Assembly (NCBI RefSeq): GCF_964204645.1
Contig: NC_134025.1
Span: 12,090,001 to 12,154,000 of the forward strand
Source of the DNA: Tubulanus polymorphus
Taxonomy: Eukaryota > Animalia > Nemertea
Reading direction: 5' to 3'
Length of the DNA stretch: 64,000 nucleotides
Shown here: in pieces, positions 38,301 through 48,664 of the stretch
Layout of the letters: the number at the start of each line of letters is the position of its first letter
Numbering within the stretch: position 1 is the first letter of the stretch
Notes under the pieces: generated by a model
The model's input: only the letters and a program-made list of their open reading frames with translations
Told to the model about the DNA's origin: nothing
Databases searched by the model: none
Made by a program: the position numbers and the translations under genes

Positions 38301-40966
38301 CAAACCACATTTTAACGTAATCATTTTAACGTGATTTATACTTATACTAATGTATCATGTATACTATTTTGTCCACACTTGCCCATTATGTGGCAAGTTT
38401 GATTGTATCTAACGATGTAATTTGTTAATAAAATAGTTAACTATTATTGAAAAAAAAAGTTAAAAGTAGATTTTGATCTAATTCGGATATTTACATCTGT
38501 GAAGTCATCTAACAGGCCAGGTACCGATAGCTCCTGGCTGTCAAGCAAGACAGTGACGAAACATGTGTTGCCCACAGACCCTATACTTCTGTGCCAGAGG
38601 CTCAAAGACAATATGTCTTGAAATCCTTGGCTAACGTGTCTGTAATAATTATTGATTTTCTTCTAATGATTTTTAATTGAGTTCATCCATTTAGAAATTA
38701 GACTCAAAAAGTAGTGACTGATGGAAAAACTAAATGGGCCTAATCTCATACTGACCATTAATGAGACAACTTCTCCTTGTTTGCTCGCTTTCTTCCATGA
38801 TGCGACATCAAAATGTTTGAAAACATTAACATGTGGGTGCTGCCAAACTGTAGAAAGAAAGAAATCTACAAATCATTATTCACGTGACAGAAGTTACATA
38901 TCGGATATGAAATAGTGGAGCTGTTCTGGTATCTTGCCTTGACAAAAGAAAGATGCACCAGCATTCCAATGGTGCTACTGCCAGGTTCAGATTTCAACTA
39001 AAAATTTAGTGCAAGTATGAGTAAGGGGGCTCCCTCCACAGGTGGAGGTGCGGGATGCAGAGGTGTGGAAGTGACGCATGCGGTTTTCAGGATTGGTGAG
39101 AAACTAGGGATCAACTTTGAGTGGCCATGTAGCGAATAACAATGGCTGCCAGTTGGCTATCTTATAGCATGAATGCCTTTTAAGCTTTTCCTGGCACACT
39201 CACAGTGCATCGTCTTATACTAAAAAAAGATGTTTCACAAATTGATGGTGTCACACAGTCGATGTAATAATAGGTTAACCCAGTCCAGAGAGTGGCAGGT
39301 TCGCGGCGCTCCGTATACTGCGTGTACTAGAGCTCGCGTGAACCACCCACCCAGTCTCGTAGTCGTTTGCGTCGAAATTGCCAACTGGCGCTCAGTCGGC
39401 ACTTAAACCACTCAGTACTTGGCAACTAATCATCCGATTTCAATAAATAAACTACCTACTACACTGACCTGATGTTGTTATCTTTTCAATGTTTACACTC
39501 CAAAGAATATATTTGAAGTTCAAGTGGCTGAAAATTGCCTCTAGAAATATTTTAGTAGCGCATTTGTTTTACTAAAAAACGATTCCTCGCGAGACTCGCG
39601 CACATATGAAAAAATCAATATCTTAGCAACACAACAATAGATACCGCTCTGCGCAACTCGTGGATATTTGACAAGTCATGAAAAATAGTTTCATACACAA
39701 AATGGCTAAGTAAACACAACAGTAAGAACAAGAAAGATCAGAGGTTTGTAATGATGGTTTATTTTTTAAAGTCGGTTGAACAGCTGAGTAGTGATGATAT
39801 AATGAGAGGTGAATTTAAACGAACACGCCCCGAGTCATCAACGTCCCATAGACCGCCTCACTAATTCACACTTTTCTTTACAGGGATAACCCGCTGCCCG
39901 TGCACTAGTGGGGTCTTCAAACCTTCGGAACCCTAACTCTAAACCTAACCCTCTGGACCCTCTAAAACCCTAACCCTAATCCTAAACCGAATATAATGAT
40001 GTTATTGTTTTATTTCATAACTATATCTTATTATATATAGCCATTGGCAAAATAGCATTTACTAAAATAATGCCGCATTGGCAAAATATCAACTTCCTAA
40101 AAAAAAAGTTTCTATTTCATACATTGAAAAACAAAGTTTGTTAGTATTTTGACGTAGTCGTGTGGAGGCAGCCGCGGCCATTGATTGTTTGTTTCGGTTT
40201 CTTTCTTTTTAGGCTTCACGTTGCTTGGATCTTGACGACGGGACAGCATTTGAAGTGTTCAGGTGTTGCCAGCACACCGACTGTCCTTTTATTTAGACGT
40301 GTAGGCATCAATCAGGCATCATTTTTTTCAGATTTATTGCAAAATAACCACTCTAAACACGGATACATTATCAATTACCCCAGGAACTATGTTTCTTAAA
40401 CGAAGTGGCTACTCGTACGGACCCGTACGAATAATTCCGTAGGCTATTCGTACGCACAACTCTGGAAATATTCGTACGGGAAGGGATAGGGTTAGGGTAA
40501 GGTGAGGCTATATGTAGTTAAAACATTCGACCGACTGTCAGCGAGCTTGGTGGTCTAGTGGTATGATGCTGCGCTAGTAATTTACTGGCCCGGGTTCGAG
40601 TCTCGCTCTATCCGCTATTTTTCTCTAACTCTATTCTCCACACTTTCCTTGAATTTTCTAAGTCGTGCACCTCTGTACGCATGCGCGGCGTTAATCGGCC
40701 AATCAGCGACAGTTATTAGCGTACAGATCCTAGTCCCGTACGAATAGCCTCCAGACCAGAGTAATCCATAGGGGTCGGTACGAGTAGCCACAGCGTTTCT
40801 TAAAACCCCATCCGACCCGAGATCAGGCGAATGTGCGTGTTTTTAAAAAAGCATGCTTTTTTAATTTAAAGGGGAAAGGTGAAAAAAGTGGAGTTTTCCA
40901 AAAGTTTAGTCTTTGACATATTATGCAACAATAAAAGTGAACTCTATACTTACATTGTTGTGACAT
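8337..40966 (-). CDS. WDR90: WD repeat-containing protein 90 (centriole/cilia protein; CFAP20-like N-terminal domain plus WD40 propellers), roughly 40 exons
   Basis: Exons 38756-38847 (WQHPHVNVFKHFDVASWKKASKQGEV) and 37853-38165 (DKTLK..GSVPAGNYIQLPKTSTQSLGLTGRFLYLLFRP..RVSFSNMFKEFKSTSTWLQFP) match the WDR90 N-terminus as I recall it. Many WD40 exons follow (e.g. 34160-34485, 32515-32677, 29693-29858, 27607-27868, 23605-23708, 16520-16594, 14817-15063, 10609-10847) down to EILVWDVLV-stop at 8337. The probable first coding exon is 40954-40966 (ATGTCACAACAAT|gtaagt, giving MSQQFWQHP), which is less certain. Confidence 0.93.
11527..11765. repeat. Intronic foldback element (MITE-like)
   Basis: Long imperfect inverted arms: gacgagtagtacttt..ctatcttattt..ctagtgtatagaagcttcat versus atgaagcttctatacactag..aaataagatag..aaagtactactcgtc. 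Confidence 0.75.
13741..14602. mobile_element. Non-autonomous hAT-like DNA transposon with 6-bp TSD
   Basis: TIR cagagatgctag / ctagcatctctg, TSD tagtaa on both sides, subterminal ttccgga repeats at 14533-14588. Confidence 0.75.
17096..17193. repeat. DIRS internal complementary region (ICR)
   Basis: 17096-17158 is the reverse complement of 16871-16933; 17153-17193 is the reverse complement of 22967-23007; the halves overlap at atattt. Confidence 0.95.
17459..18650 (-). CDS. DIRS tyrosine recombinase (true start uncertain)
   Basis: SAM-like region (STSTIYDAKWSHF..TIKGYRSAI), PPWDL, and catalytic R (SARRSEI), HxxR (SHQVRSMAT), W (AAFW) and Y (FTSFY). Confidence 0.93.
18370..18890 (-). pseudogene. 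DIRS methyltransferase-like domain (pol C-terminus), frameshifted
   Basis: LDLFATRFN..FVSP..GVDAFSLDW..YAFPP..LVAPCWP in one frame, continuing as LLNLLCDNPRILP..LLSQG..HPN..LNLLAWPLS in another. Confidence 0.8.
18890..20529 (-). CDS. DIRS reverse transcriptase and RNase H
   Basis: RT motifs IDLSSLN, LDLKDAYF, LPFGLSTAP, YLDD; RNase H motifs FTDAS..GWG, HINFLEM, TDN, ADALSR. Confidence 0.95.
20396..22663 (-). CDS. DIRS gag-like ORF1
   Basis: Long open frame from MPPPPKG with an N-terminal Cys/His cluster (CGH..HDSCASC..C..PCNIC..W), an R/S-rich tract and a helical C-terminus overlapping pol. Confidence 0.85.
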   Translation of the reverse strand: MPPPPKGQHRGGEGCGHLFGAWDNHDSCASCRRKSGQICARSNPCNICVVWSEDLWLRADKALKLRDRRRVSRDSSVSADVPTDVSNPVSYRKAERSPVVQVRSASQLRSPGRNAGSPAPVSGHSPVSGRSPAPVSGHSPVSGRSPVRPVQTTCSEPSARRGSRERPAPVRSVPVRVGHRSGSATGPVQTSSGSKHPVRSSSDSDRRSGDRARSPTRFRRRERNKRARSPSRRSRFDRERDYDRYCRKFRRRSSHRSSTSVSDESDSSSRSRSRSRDRHRSRHDRRDTGKYLTQKDFHVFEEKILNLLSSSQQVAATSTTGKPIPDCPVRSSPAHSVFRNSDSEFLDAAVGSDFNEDPVPEAAIPSGVVPVASNCGLPQTMGASMARNVSPSRSVLSEPAGDMPFRAMISEFFVKHGATRAKPTAAPLVGESMEAYRPPDSDLNVLRESSAVSREWARLDTQLWGECRPGTFSFPPPERGMKSGKYFSSTDPPIGAFRSAYYATPGAVDHSHNCLDADYTLISPDTVTAQSGIRFPKSGLVAMTSILDNLTRVGSFQDMALKVLTGELRETHAAVHAGSDPESVALKLEGMDRIIQSLARSVSHVIPLSVRGQANLVLASRQSVMDSSAKTRLPDMVSNALLRAPLGTSSRLFSGWCAPVSAELRKIREVQAKSNPRTPWKKSSGPTPAAQGSARTQTGPSQTSALSQAASDAGWRTSAQLQQSCQASSGRNIPGSYRGKGKAPKRGSSFRKNSK
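22215..22320. repeat. 42-bp tandem repeat and accgg-rich tract within gag
   Basis: Encodes (PAPVSGHSPVSGRS)x2. Confidence 0.8.
27982..28413. mobile_element. Non-autonomous hAT-like element with 6-bp TSD
   Basis: TIR cagagttgccactt / aagtggcaactcta; tatatg on both flanks. Confidence 0.75.
33857..33985. repeat. Short MITE family (gccagttgcac ends); further copies at ~37677-37818 and, partially, ~16645-16720 and ~23460-23535
   Basis: Inverted ends gccagttgcaca / gtgcaac(c)tgg and a shared internal ttagatt.aaga..ag.ctaa motif. Confidence 0.6.
34556..34629. repeat. 36-bp tandem duplication
   Basis: cagatcatatcagaaactat(t/a)attctcaatcaaagg x2. Confidence 0.9.
39278..39990. repeat. Inverted copy of the 5.4-6.0 kb repeat joined to a Penelope 3' tail with CCCTAA-like repeats
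   Basis: 39820-39945 reads TNTPRVINVP-stop then ccgcctcacta..ttacagggataacc.gctgcccgtgcac as at 4550-4660 (minus); degenerate ccctaa repeats at 39930-39990. Confidence 0.75.
40401..40795 (+). mobile_element. 395-bp MITE with 9-bp TSD (Mutator-like) carrying a tRNA-derived sequence
   Basis: TIR cgaagtggctactcgtac / gtacgagtagccacagcg; TSD tttcttaaa at 40392-40400 and 40796-40804; subterminal tattcgtacg repeats. Confidence 0.85.
40543..40622 (+). ncRNA. tRNA(Pro/Gly)-derived Pol III-like unit, not a functional tRNA
   Basis: A box tggtctagtgg, B box ggttcgagtct, T5 run at 40618-40622; anticodon and acceptor stems do not pair. Confidence 0.6.
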
Positions 40967-41054
40967 ATTTTAGTTTATCTGGCCTAGTTTATCATTCGTC
41001 AGAACAAATAGTGTAAGTTTTATTTCCCCAATTTTTGAAATTATTCATAAAGTT

Positions 41055-41065
41055 GCCGCCATCTT
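41055..41065 (-). promoter_or_regulatory. YY1-type AAGATGGCGGC motif, probable WDR90 TSS region
   Basis: Exact motif about 90 bp upstream of the predicted WDR90 ATG, in the same orientation. Confidence 0.55.
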
Positions 41066-42729
41066 AACGCGTTTAAATGGAGTGCCATAAAATCCGGATA
41101 CGGTCTTAAATAAATTGAAATTCTATCTGACGGACACGCTGAACGGACTCTTATTTGGATGTCGATTTGGCGCCGGCGGCCGGGTAGTCTCCGGCGTCAC
41201 ACCCCTGCCTGGTGGCCCTATTCGTCAAGACAGAATCCTTAGAATTGGTAAATTCGGCACTCATCTTACAAATTGACAAAGGGCTTCTCAACATTCATGA
41301 GAAGGCCTTTACACAAATGAGACGGACAAATCGTCGGGCCCGGCCCCGCCTGTGGGGGCCGTGGTTGGTAAAGATCAAAGGCGAATTGATCACGTCAGAT
41401 TAAATTTGATTTTAACTAAAATCGTTTTTATCTTGTCATAATCAAATTTGATTTGGTCTAATTTTTGAATTTAACACGGCATCAAATTCAAATCGATTTG
41501 TCAAATCACCGCCGCGGAAGTGATTTGATACGATTTGAAGATGGACTCACAAATTTTTTTTTGAAAAACTGATATAAATGTCAAAACTGAAAGAGAAACC
41601 TGAAACTCATTCATAGGAAATGTTTTAAAAAGTGGGACAGTATTTTCTTGTCAGCCGTTTGGAACGAGGCGTCAAATTCATCTAGTTGTGCAAATCTTAT
41701 TTGATTATATTACACGTGACTAGCAAATTGTGATTAGGGAAATCAAATCTCAGTGACAAGATAAATTCGCCTCAAGATTCTAGCTCATCCGTGATCAAAA
41801 AACGATTGTTTTCATATTTCATTCGACGATTTTATTTCGGGCCCCATCCCCTTAGCAATTTTATTGCTTTTTAAGGGTTTTTACAAAATTTTTATTTTTC
41901 ATTTTTTTGGAAAATAGGCCCGACAAGCGTCGGATCTGTCGGACCTATGGTGATGTCCCTGTAGTGTCGAGGTTATCGCTATCGCGACCTCTGACACTAG
42001 CGGAAGGTGATTACGTGACTGGGTGTGTGGTTCACGCTCTTAGTACACACAATATATGGAGCCCCGCGAACCGGCCACTCAGGACTGGGTGAAGGACCAG
42101 TCACGTTGCTCCAGTATTTGACGAGTGACAACTAAACGCATTATGGTCTCCCATGGTTATGGGTTTTATGTGTTAATTATAGTTCGATGTGTAAATCTAA
42201 AGCAAGTTCAGTTTTGGTATTCCAAGCTGCTTTTCGAGTCGTTACTCTTTCGCTCTGTTCCGAATTTTCGATGTCGACCATTCTTCGAGATTAGGATCCA
42301 AAAAAACTTTGTTGAATAAGCCAGTTGAGCAACTTGGCCCTGTTTACGTGTTTACTCCTTCCAGGCCCATATCTAGGAGGGGTAGTGGGGGTTAGAACCC
42401 CCTCCCCACTCATTGACGAAGGTTGAAGCCTTGAGAAATTGAGAATCTTCCTCACAAGATCTCACTCAGCATTCGTAACACTTTTTTAGTCTTTTTCGTT
42501 CAAAATGTGCACATGCTTCAAAACTTACAGAGTGAAACTTTTACACAATGCTAGAAGTTGTGCTTCTCTCTGCATCAAATTTTCAAAGATTTTCTCCAGG
42601 GACACTACAAAGACCCTACATTTGTGTGAGCACCTTACAAAAAGTTCCATTTTCGTGAAATTGAACCCATCTAAAGACATGGTTGGATACAGGTTTGCGT
42701 TCCCTTCAACGTGCGTCTGGAACGAGTGA

Positions 42730-43110
42730 TGGACAGTCCCAATCTCAGTTGTATGCGTGAGGTTGTGTTATTCACAAACGATAACTAGATCAATTGAAGA
42801 TTGGTGAATACTCCATGATTAGAACAATTGGACCTAGTCTCATGGCAAGCAAGGTCCTGGTGCAAGAAAGTGGTAATGACCAATAATTCGCAATACACTT
42901 TCGGTTTCGGCCGTTGTTTTAATTTATGTCATTTGCGAGTTTCCGGGTTGTGTTTGGATCGACTGCCCGGGCATGTTTTCGGTGGCATAGATCGCACGGT
43001 ACTTAGAAATGTATCCCCATTGATGACAATGCTCGATTCCAGTGCCAATTTTACCGTTTATTGTTTAACAAATAGGAAATTTCGTTCCCAGGCTCATCAT
43101 CTTCGAAACG
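42730..43110 (+). pseudogene. Class A (peptide-receptor-like) GPCR fragment, TM6-TM7-helix 8, frameshifted
   Basis: TLSVSAVVLIYVICEFP (TM6) in one frame and LMTMLDSSANFTVYCLTNRKFR (TM7/H8) in another. Confidence 0.7.
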
Positions 43111-44808
43111 GTAGTTTTTGTGAAAAAAAATTGTCAACCCAACCAGCTGTTTGGCCAACAAATCTAGCTTCATTTTATTCCCATGGCGCTCATAACAACG
43201 CCAACTAGAAAGTATGTAGCACATCAAAAATTCATTCTTTATGAATTTTTGAGCACGTGCAAATGATTATGATGATATTAAAAACAACACAAATAAAAAC
43301 GTTTGAGTATGTGACAAAATACAGCAAATATCTTTCAAGAATACGTGTTCTTCAATAAGGGTTCAGATTGTACTGCAACGACCCGATGGTTCCAGACACT
43401 TACTTACCTTCTTTATCTGAAAAAAACAATTTTCCTCAGCAATCTGCAAACTTCCTTCAATGTCCCCACCCGGGACTCGGAGGAACATGCCATGCCCTTG
43501 GCGAGATGGAACGCCACACCGAGATGGACAAACTGCTGAGAAGGTGTGGAGTATTTCTGTTCTGGTTAAATGACAATCTTTTAGACGACTGAGCTGGTTG
43601 CATGATATATGTAACCTACGAGCAATTATCTCCGCGAAAACATGAAAAATCGAGTTGCACCGCGTGAAAAAGTCCAAACACTAGATAGTTACGGCCGGAT
43701 ACTCAGTCCTTAACTAAAGGGTTGCTGTTAAATATGTCCATTGTGACGATATAAAATCTGTAACTTTGATTTAACGAACGATCTACAGATGATTTTCGGT
43801 TTTGAATTTGGATGTTATGTGAATTCTGTTTTGCTTATCTGTGCACAGAACTAGCGACGTGTTGTGTAGTTATAGCGTATCGAAATCCATTTGGTGAATG
43901 CAAGCAGTATACGCATCTCTCTGTTTTGATAATTGCTCGTAGGCGTAACTCAAGAAGTGCTGTGGTGTATGGATACCTAAGGGATTATGAGTAAATTGGG
44001 GGTTGTTTTTTTGGAGTGTGTAGATGTATAATACGTATATCGGGAGAAATCCTGTTGTAGAGCCAATGGTCGGTGTAAAGTATATGTAATTATAAAAGTA
44101 ACTGTTGGTCGGTACTTGGTGGAAGAATGTTAAGGATGTATTACTGTCCATCAACTAAGCGGTAAAGTTTATGGGTATTTTGGGAAGCATTAAATCTATG
44201 GAAATGAATGAGTATTTAATGTTTTTGATAATCCATAAGATAATCCAATATATATGTATAATTCATCGCAAAATATATTTTTCAGCTTTAAAGAGGTAAT
44301 TACCGGAATTAAGTTTGTCGGCGATTATGATACGAGATTAGGTCGATATATCGTACGTACATAAATTGTTCGTTTAGATGAATTCCAAATTGCGTTCGTC
44401 GGACGTATCGATGGCTCAACGGAAATCCGTGATCTTAAAATAGGGATTGTTCCTGTTGTTTATTTGGTTTGTAAATTTCGTTAGATTTTTTGATTAAGTG
44501 TCCCTTAAAGACCCACCACACCTGCCGGGAGCGAAACAGGGGGTTTGATTTTGAAATCGGAAATCGAAGTACAGATATAGTTGTTTGCTCGACGGTCTAA
44601 TTTACAGAATTTTCTTTTTTAAATCGAAGTACATAATTGGAAATTCGGTTCCGGTTCATTCAAACAATCTTCCAAGCTTCTGAAACGGCAAGCGACTGAT
44701 TGGGGTGAATTTTTCTGGCTGCCTAATTTAATACATCAAGATTTTGGAAATAGCTAATTACAAGGGTGAAGATCATTTTGTCCATTTTAATATTTTTTTG
44801 GTCGTTTT

Positions 44809-46818
44809 CTATGGAAGACCTCAGACGACATACGAGATATGAGATATAACATACGAGATATGAGATGCAACATACGAGATACGACTTATGACATACGAGA
44901 TACGACTTATTTACAGTACGGGTGTCCGTCCGCTAGCGCCACCGCAGTGTATATTTTTCAACATCTACTCGGCGTTGCGGCGTATACTACGACACGTGCG
45001 CAGGCAGTGGCGTATACATTAACTATGAATATCAATATGCGAAAAACGTTTCATTTGAAACGAAAAATATTTAAAAATATTCGGTCAACCACTCCCGGGG
45101 ACCGGCTTCTCGCTGTGACATCAGTGGGCGGCCACTCTTAGTAGTGTGAGACACCGATGGTCCGGTGATTCGAGTTGGCTCCAAATACGGGGCTACAGCC
45201 CCTAAATCCACCAAAAACGCCTCAAATTCCATTTTTGAGTGTACAAAAATCCCTCAAAAAGAGTTAGCCATGGCCCCTTCAAATTGGTGGTCACTAAGAA
45301 TTGCGCCTAGTCAAGGGTTTAAACTTCGCGTTCGATCGAGGGTTTTCGATGAAAAATGAAAGATGTATGTATATTACGAATGCCGATGACCAAAGAGTTA
45401 AAAAAAAGTCCGACACACGCGGAATCTGTGTTTAGTGTACTATGATTTCAACGAATGAATTGAAACATGGACATGAATTAAAAATACTAAAGATAACATA
45501 GATCTATTGAATGAATTATTCATTAAATATCAGAATGGAGTTCCATTGTATCACTCTCAGCTCCTGGCCCTAGTCCAGCTGATTTCATTTATCACGACGT
45601 TTTTTGCGACGGGTGCAAACGCACCATACGAGCAACGTTCCGGTGTTCCGCTAATTCCCCGGTCTAAAGAAATGTTACTTGATATTTCCATGGATCTCTT
45701 ATCTTTACAAATGTAAGAGCTGTTGTGTTTTGCTGAAGACTTATTCATGTGGTTCCTGTACTTTTGTCAATAAACAGTTTTAAAACTGACCATGACAATT
45801 GATAAGAATGATCTTAAATTGGATTCTCCGATTATGAAAGTTATTCAGATTCAGCCATTGGCCCTTTTCATGAAAGATGTCAGAAAAGAAAGATAGCCAA
45901 AAAGCACTCAGAATACACAAGTACCTAAATTGAACAAATTTTCAGGGGAGGACCCCAGACTATGGCTTCAGAAAGACAGTACCGCATACTGCCCTGGCGG
46001 TTAGCGAAAACTGGCCAGTCTCGACTCTCAATGGCTGGTCTAGTGGACTCACCAGTCTGCCCCAGTAGCTCGATAGGGATGGAATTTAGCTGGGGATTTC
46101 AAACCTTGAGAGAGAGCACGGGAGTTCTTAATCTGGATACCAGGGCGATGTACGGGTTCCCAGGTTGTTTGGGATTCAAGAACTCAGGCAGGGGTGTCAA
46201 ACAGCGGAGGAGGGGTACAAGGGGGCCGGGATTTCCGGCTGCGGAGTTTTTTTTAGAATTTTGATTTCTGATGCAGAAAAGCAGGCGGTTACGGCGGGCG
46301 GTGAACAGTAGTTATTTTTTCTGCAGGCATTGAGTAACCGGAACCCCGGCTCCTGAACACCAGGCCGTTTTAAGACCAAAGGAAGACAAGAAATAGCATA
46401 ATATTATGAACTTGAACAGTTTGATATCTTTTTAGTTTTGTGATTTGAAAAACTTTTCGTCGCCCGCGGGAGAGGAACGGCCGGCGGCGCGCCTAGTCCA
46501 GGGTGTTCACAGTATGGCCTAAATATCGTTGTGTCCGGTCCAGGTGTCCATTATCCAAAAGAAATCTATTTCTGGTTTGAATAAAATGTTGACTATGTTG
46601 GTTTTCATATAATTGACGATGACTGTACGCGTCACCATGTTAAACGATTTATATGCAGTAAATATTGAAAAAACATACACTGCGGTGGCGCTAGCGGACG
46701 GATACCCGTACTGTAAATAAGTCGTATCTCGTATGTCATATGTCGTATCTCGTATGTTGCATCTCATATCTCGTATGTTATATCTCATATCTTGTATGTC
46801 GTCTGAGGTCTTCCATAG
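44809..46818. mobile_element. Non-autonomous TIR DNA transposon, copy A (2010 bp)
   Basis: ~150-bp TIRs starting CTATGGAAGACCTCAGACGAC with internal catacgagata repeats; flanked by TTTT / TTTT; no transposase ORF. Confidence 0.92.
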
Positions 46819-46833
46819 TTTTCTACGTGTAAA

Positions 46834-48664
46834 TTATGGAAGACCTCAGACGACATACGAGATATGAGATATAACATACGAGATATGAGATGCAACATAC
46901 GAGATACGACTTATGACATACGAGATACGACTTATTTACAGTACGGGTGTCCGTCCGCTAGCGCCACCGCAGTGTATATTTTTCAACATCTACTCGGCGT
47001 TGCGGCGTATACTACGACACGTGCGCAGGCAGTGGCGTATACATTAACTATGAATATCAATATGCGAAAAACGTTTCATTTGAAACGAAAAATATTTAAA
47101 AATATTCGATCAACCACTCCCGGGGACCGGCTTCTCGCTGTGACATCAGTGGGCGGCCACTCTTAGTAGTGTGAGACACCGATGGTCCGGTGATTCGAGT
47201 TGGCTCCAAATACGGGGCTACAGCCCCTAAATCCACCAAAAACGCCTCAAATTCCATTTTTGAGTGTACAAAAATCCCTCAAAAAGAGTTAGCCATGGCC
47301 CCTTCAAATTGGTGGTCACTAAGAATTGCGCCTAGTCAAGGGTTTAAACTTCGCGTTCGATCGAGGGTTTTCGATGAAAAATGAAAGATGTATGTATATT
47401 ACGAATGCCGATGACCAAAGAGTTAAAAAAAAGTCCGACACACGCGGAATCTGTGTTTAGTGTACTATGATTTCAACGAATGAATTGAAACATGGACATG
47501 AATTAAAAATACTAAAGATAACATAGATCTATTGAATGAATTATTCATTAAATATCAGAATGGAGTTCCATTGTATCACTCTCAGCTCCTGGCCCTAGTC
47601 CAGCTGATTTCATTTATCACGACGTTTTTTGCGACGGGTGCAAACGCACCATACGAGCAACGTTCCGGTGTTCCGCTAATTCCCCGGTCTAAAGAAATGT
47701 TACTTGATATTTCCATGGATCTCTTATCAGAAAAGAAAGATAGCCAAAAAGCACTCAGAATACACAAGTACCTAAATTGAACAAATTTTCAGGGGAGGAC
47801 CCCAGACTATGGCTTCAGAAAGACAGTACCGCATACTGCCCTGGCGGTTAGCGAAAACTGGCCAGTCTCGACTCTCAATGGCTGGTCTAGTGGACTCACC
47901 AGTCTGCCCCAGTAGCTCGATAGGGATGGAATTTAGCTGGGGATTTCAAACCTTGAGAGAGAGCACGGGAGTTCTTAATCTGGATACCAGGGCGATGTAC
48001 GGGTTCCCAGGTTGTTTGGGATTCAAGAACTCAGGCAGGGGTGTCAAACAGCGGAGGAGGGGTACAAGGGGGCCGGGATTTCCGGCTGCGGAGTTTTTTT
48101 TAGAATTTTGATTTCTGATGCAGAAAAGCAGGCGGTTACGGCGGGCGGTGAACAGTAGTTATTTTTTCTGCAGGCATTGAGTAACCGGAACCCCGGCTCC
48201 TGAACACCAGGCCGTTTTAAGACCAAAGGAAGACAAGAAATAGCATAATATTATGAACTTGAACAGTTTGATATCTTTTTAGTTTTGTGATTTGAAAAAC
48301 TTTTCGTCGCCCGCGGGAGAGGAACGGCCGGCGGCGCGCCTAGTCCAGGGTGTTCACAGTATGGCCTAATATCGTTGTGTCCGGTCCAGGTGTCCATTAT
48401 CCAAAAGAAATCTATTTCTGGTTTGAATAAAATGTTGACTATGTTGGTTTTCATATAATTGACGATGACTGTACGCGTCACCATGTTAAACGATTTATAT
48501 GCAGTAAATATTGAAAAAACATACACTGCGGTGGCGCTAGCGGACGGACACCCGTACTGTAAATAAGTCGTATCTCGTGTGTCATATGTCGTATCTCGTA
48601 TGTTGCATCTCATATCTCGTATGTTATATCTCATATCTTGTATGTCGTCTGAGGTCTTCCATAG
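46834..48664. mobile_element. Non-autonomous TIR DNA transposon, copy B (1831 bp)
   Basis: Near-identical to copy A in the same orientation, lacking ~178 bp (A ~45705-45880); flanked by TAAA / TAAA. Confidence 0.92.

Noticed and set aside
40543-40615. Functional tRNA gene
   Set aside because: The acceptor and anticodon stems cannot be paired, and the sequence lies inside a MITE.
41047-41062. ATGGCGGCA as the WDR90 start codon
   Set aside because: It hits TGA after five codons with no splice donor; the ATG at 40966 with a phase-1 gtaagt donor fits exon 2.
44826-44912. CRISPR-like regularly spaced repeats
   Set aside because: No unique spacers and no cas genes; the units are internal to transposon TIRs in a eukaryotic genome.
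44839-48634. Duplicated 60-127 aa ORFs (MRYNIRD.., MASERQY..)
   Set aside because: They arise from TIR repeats and the non-coding interior of the twin elements; no recognisable domains.
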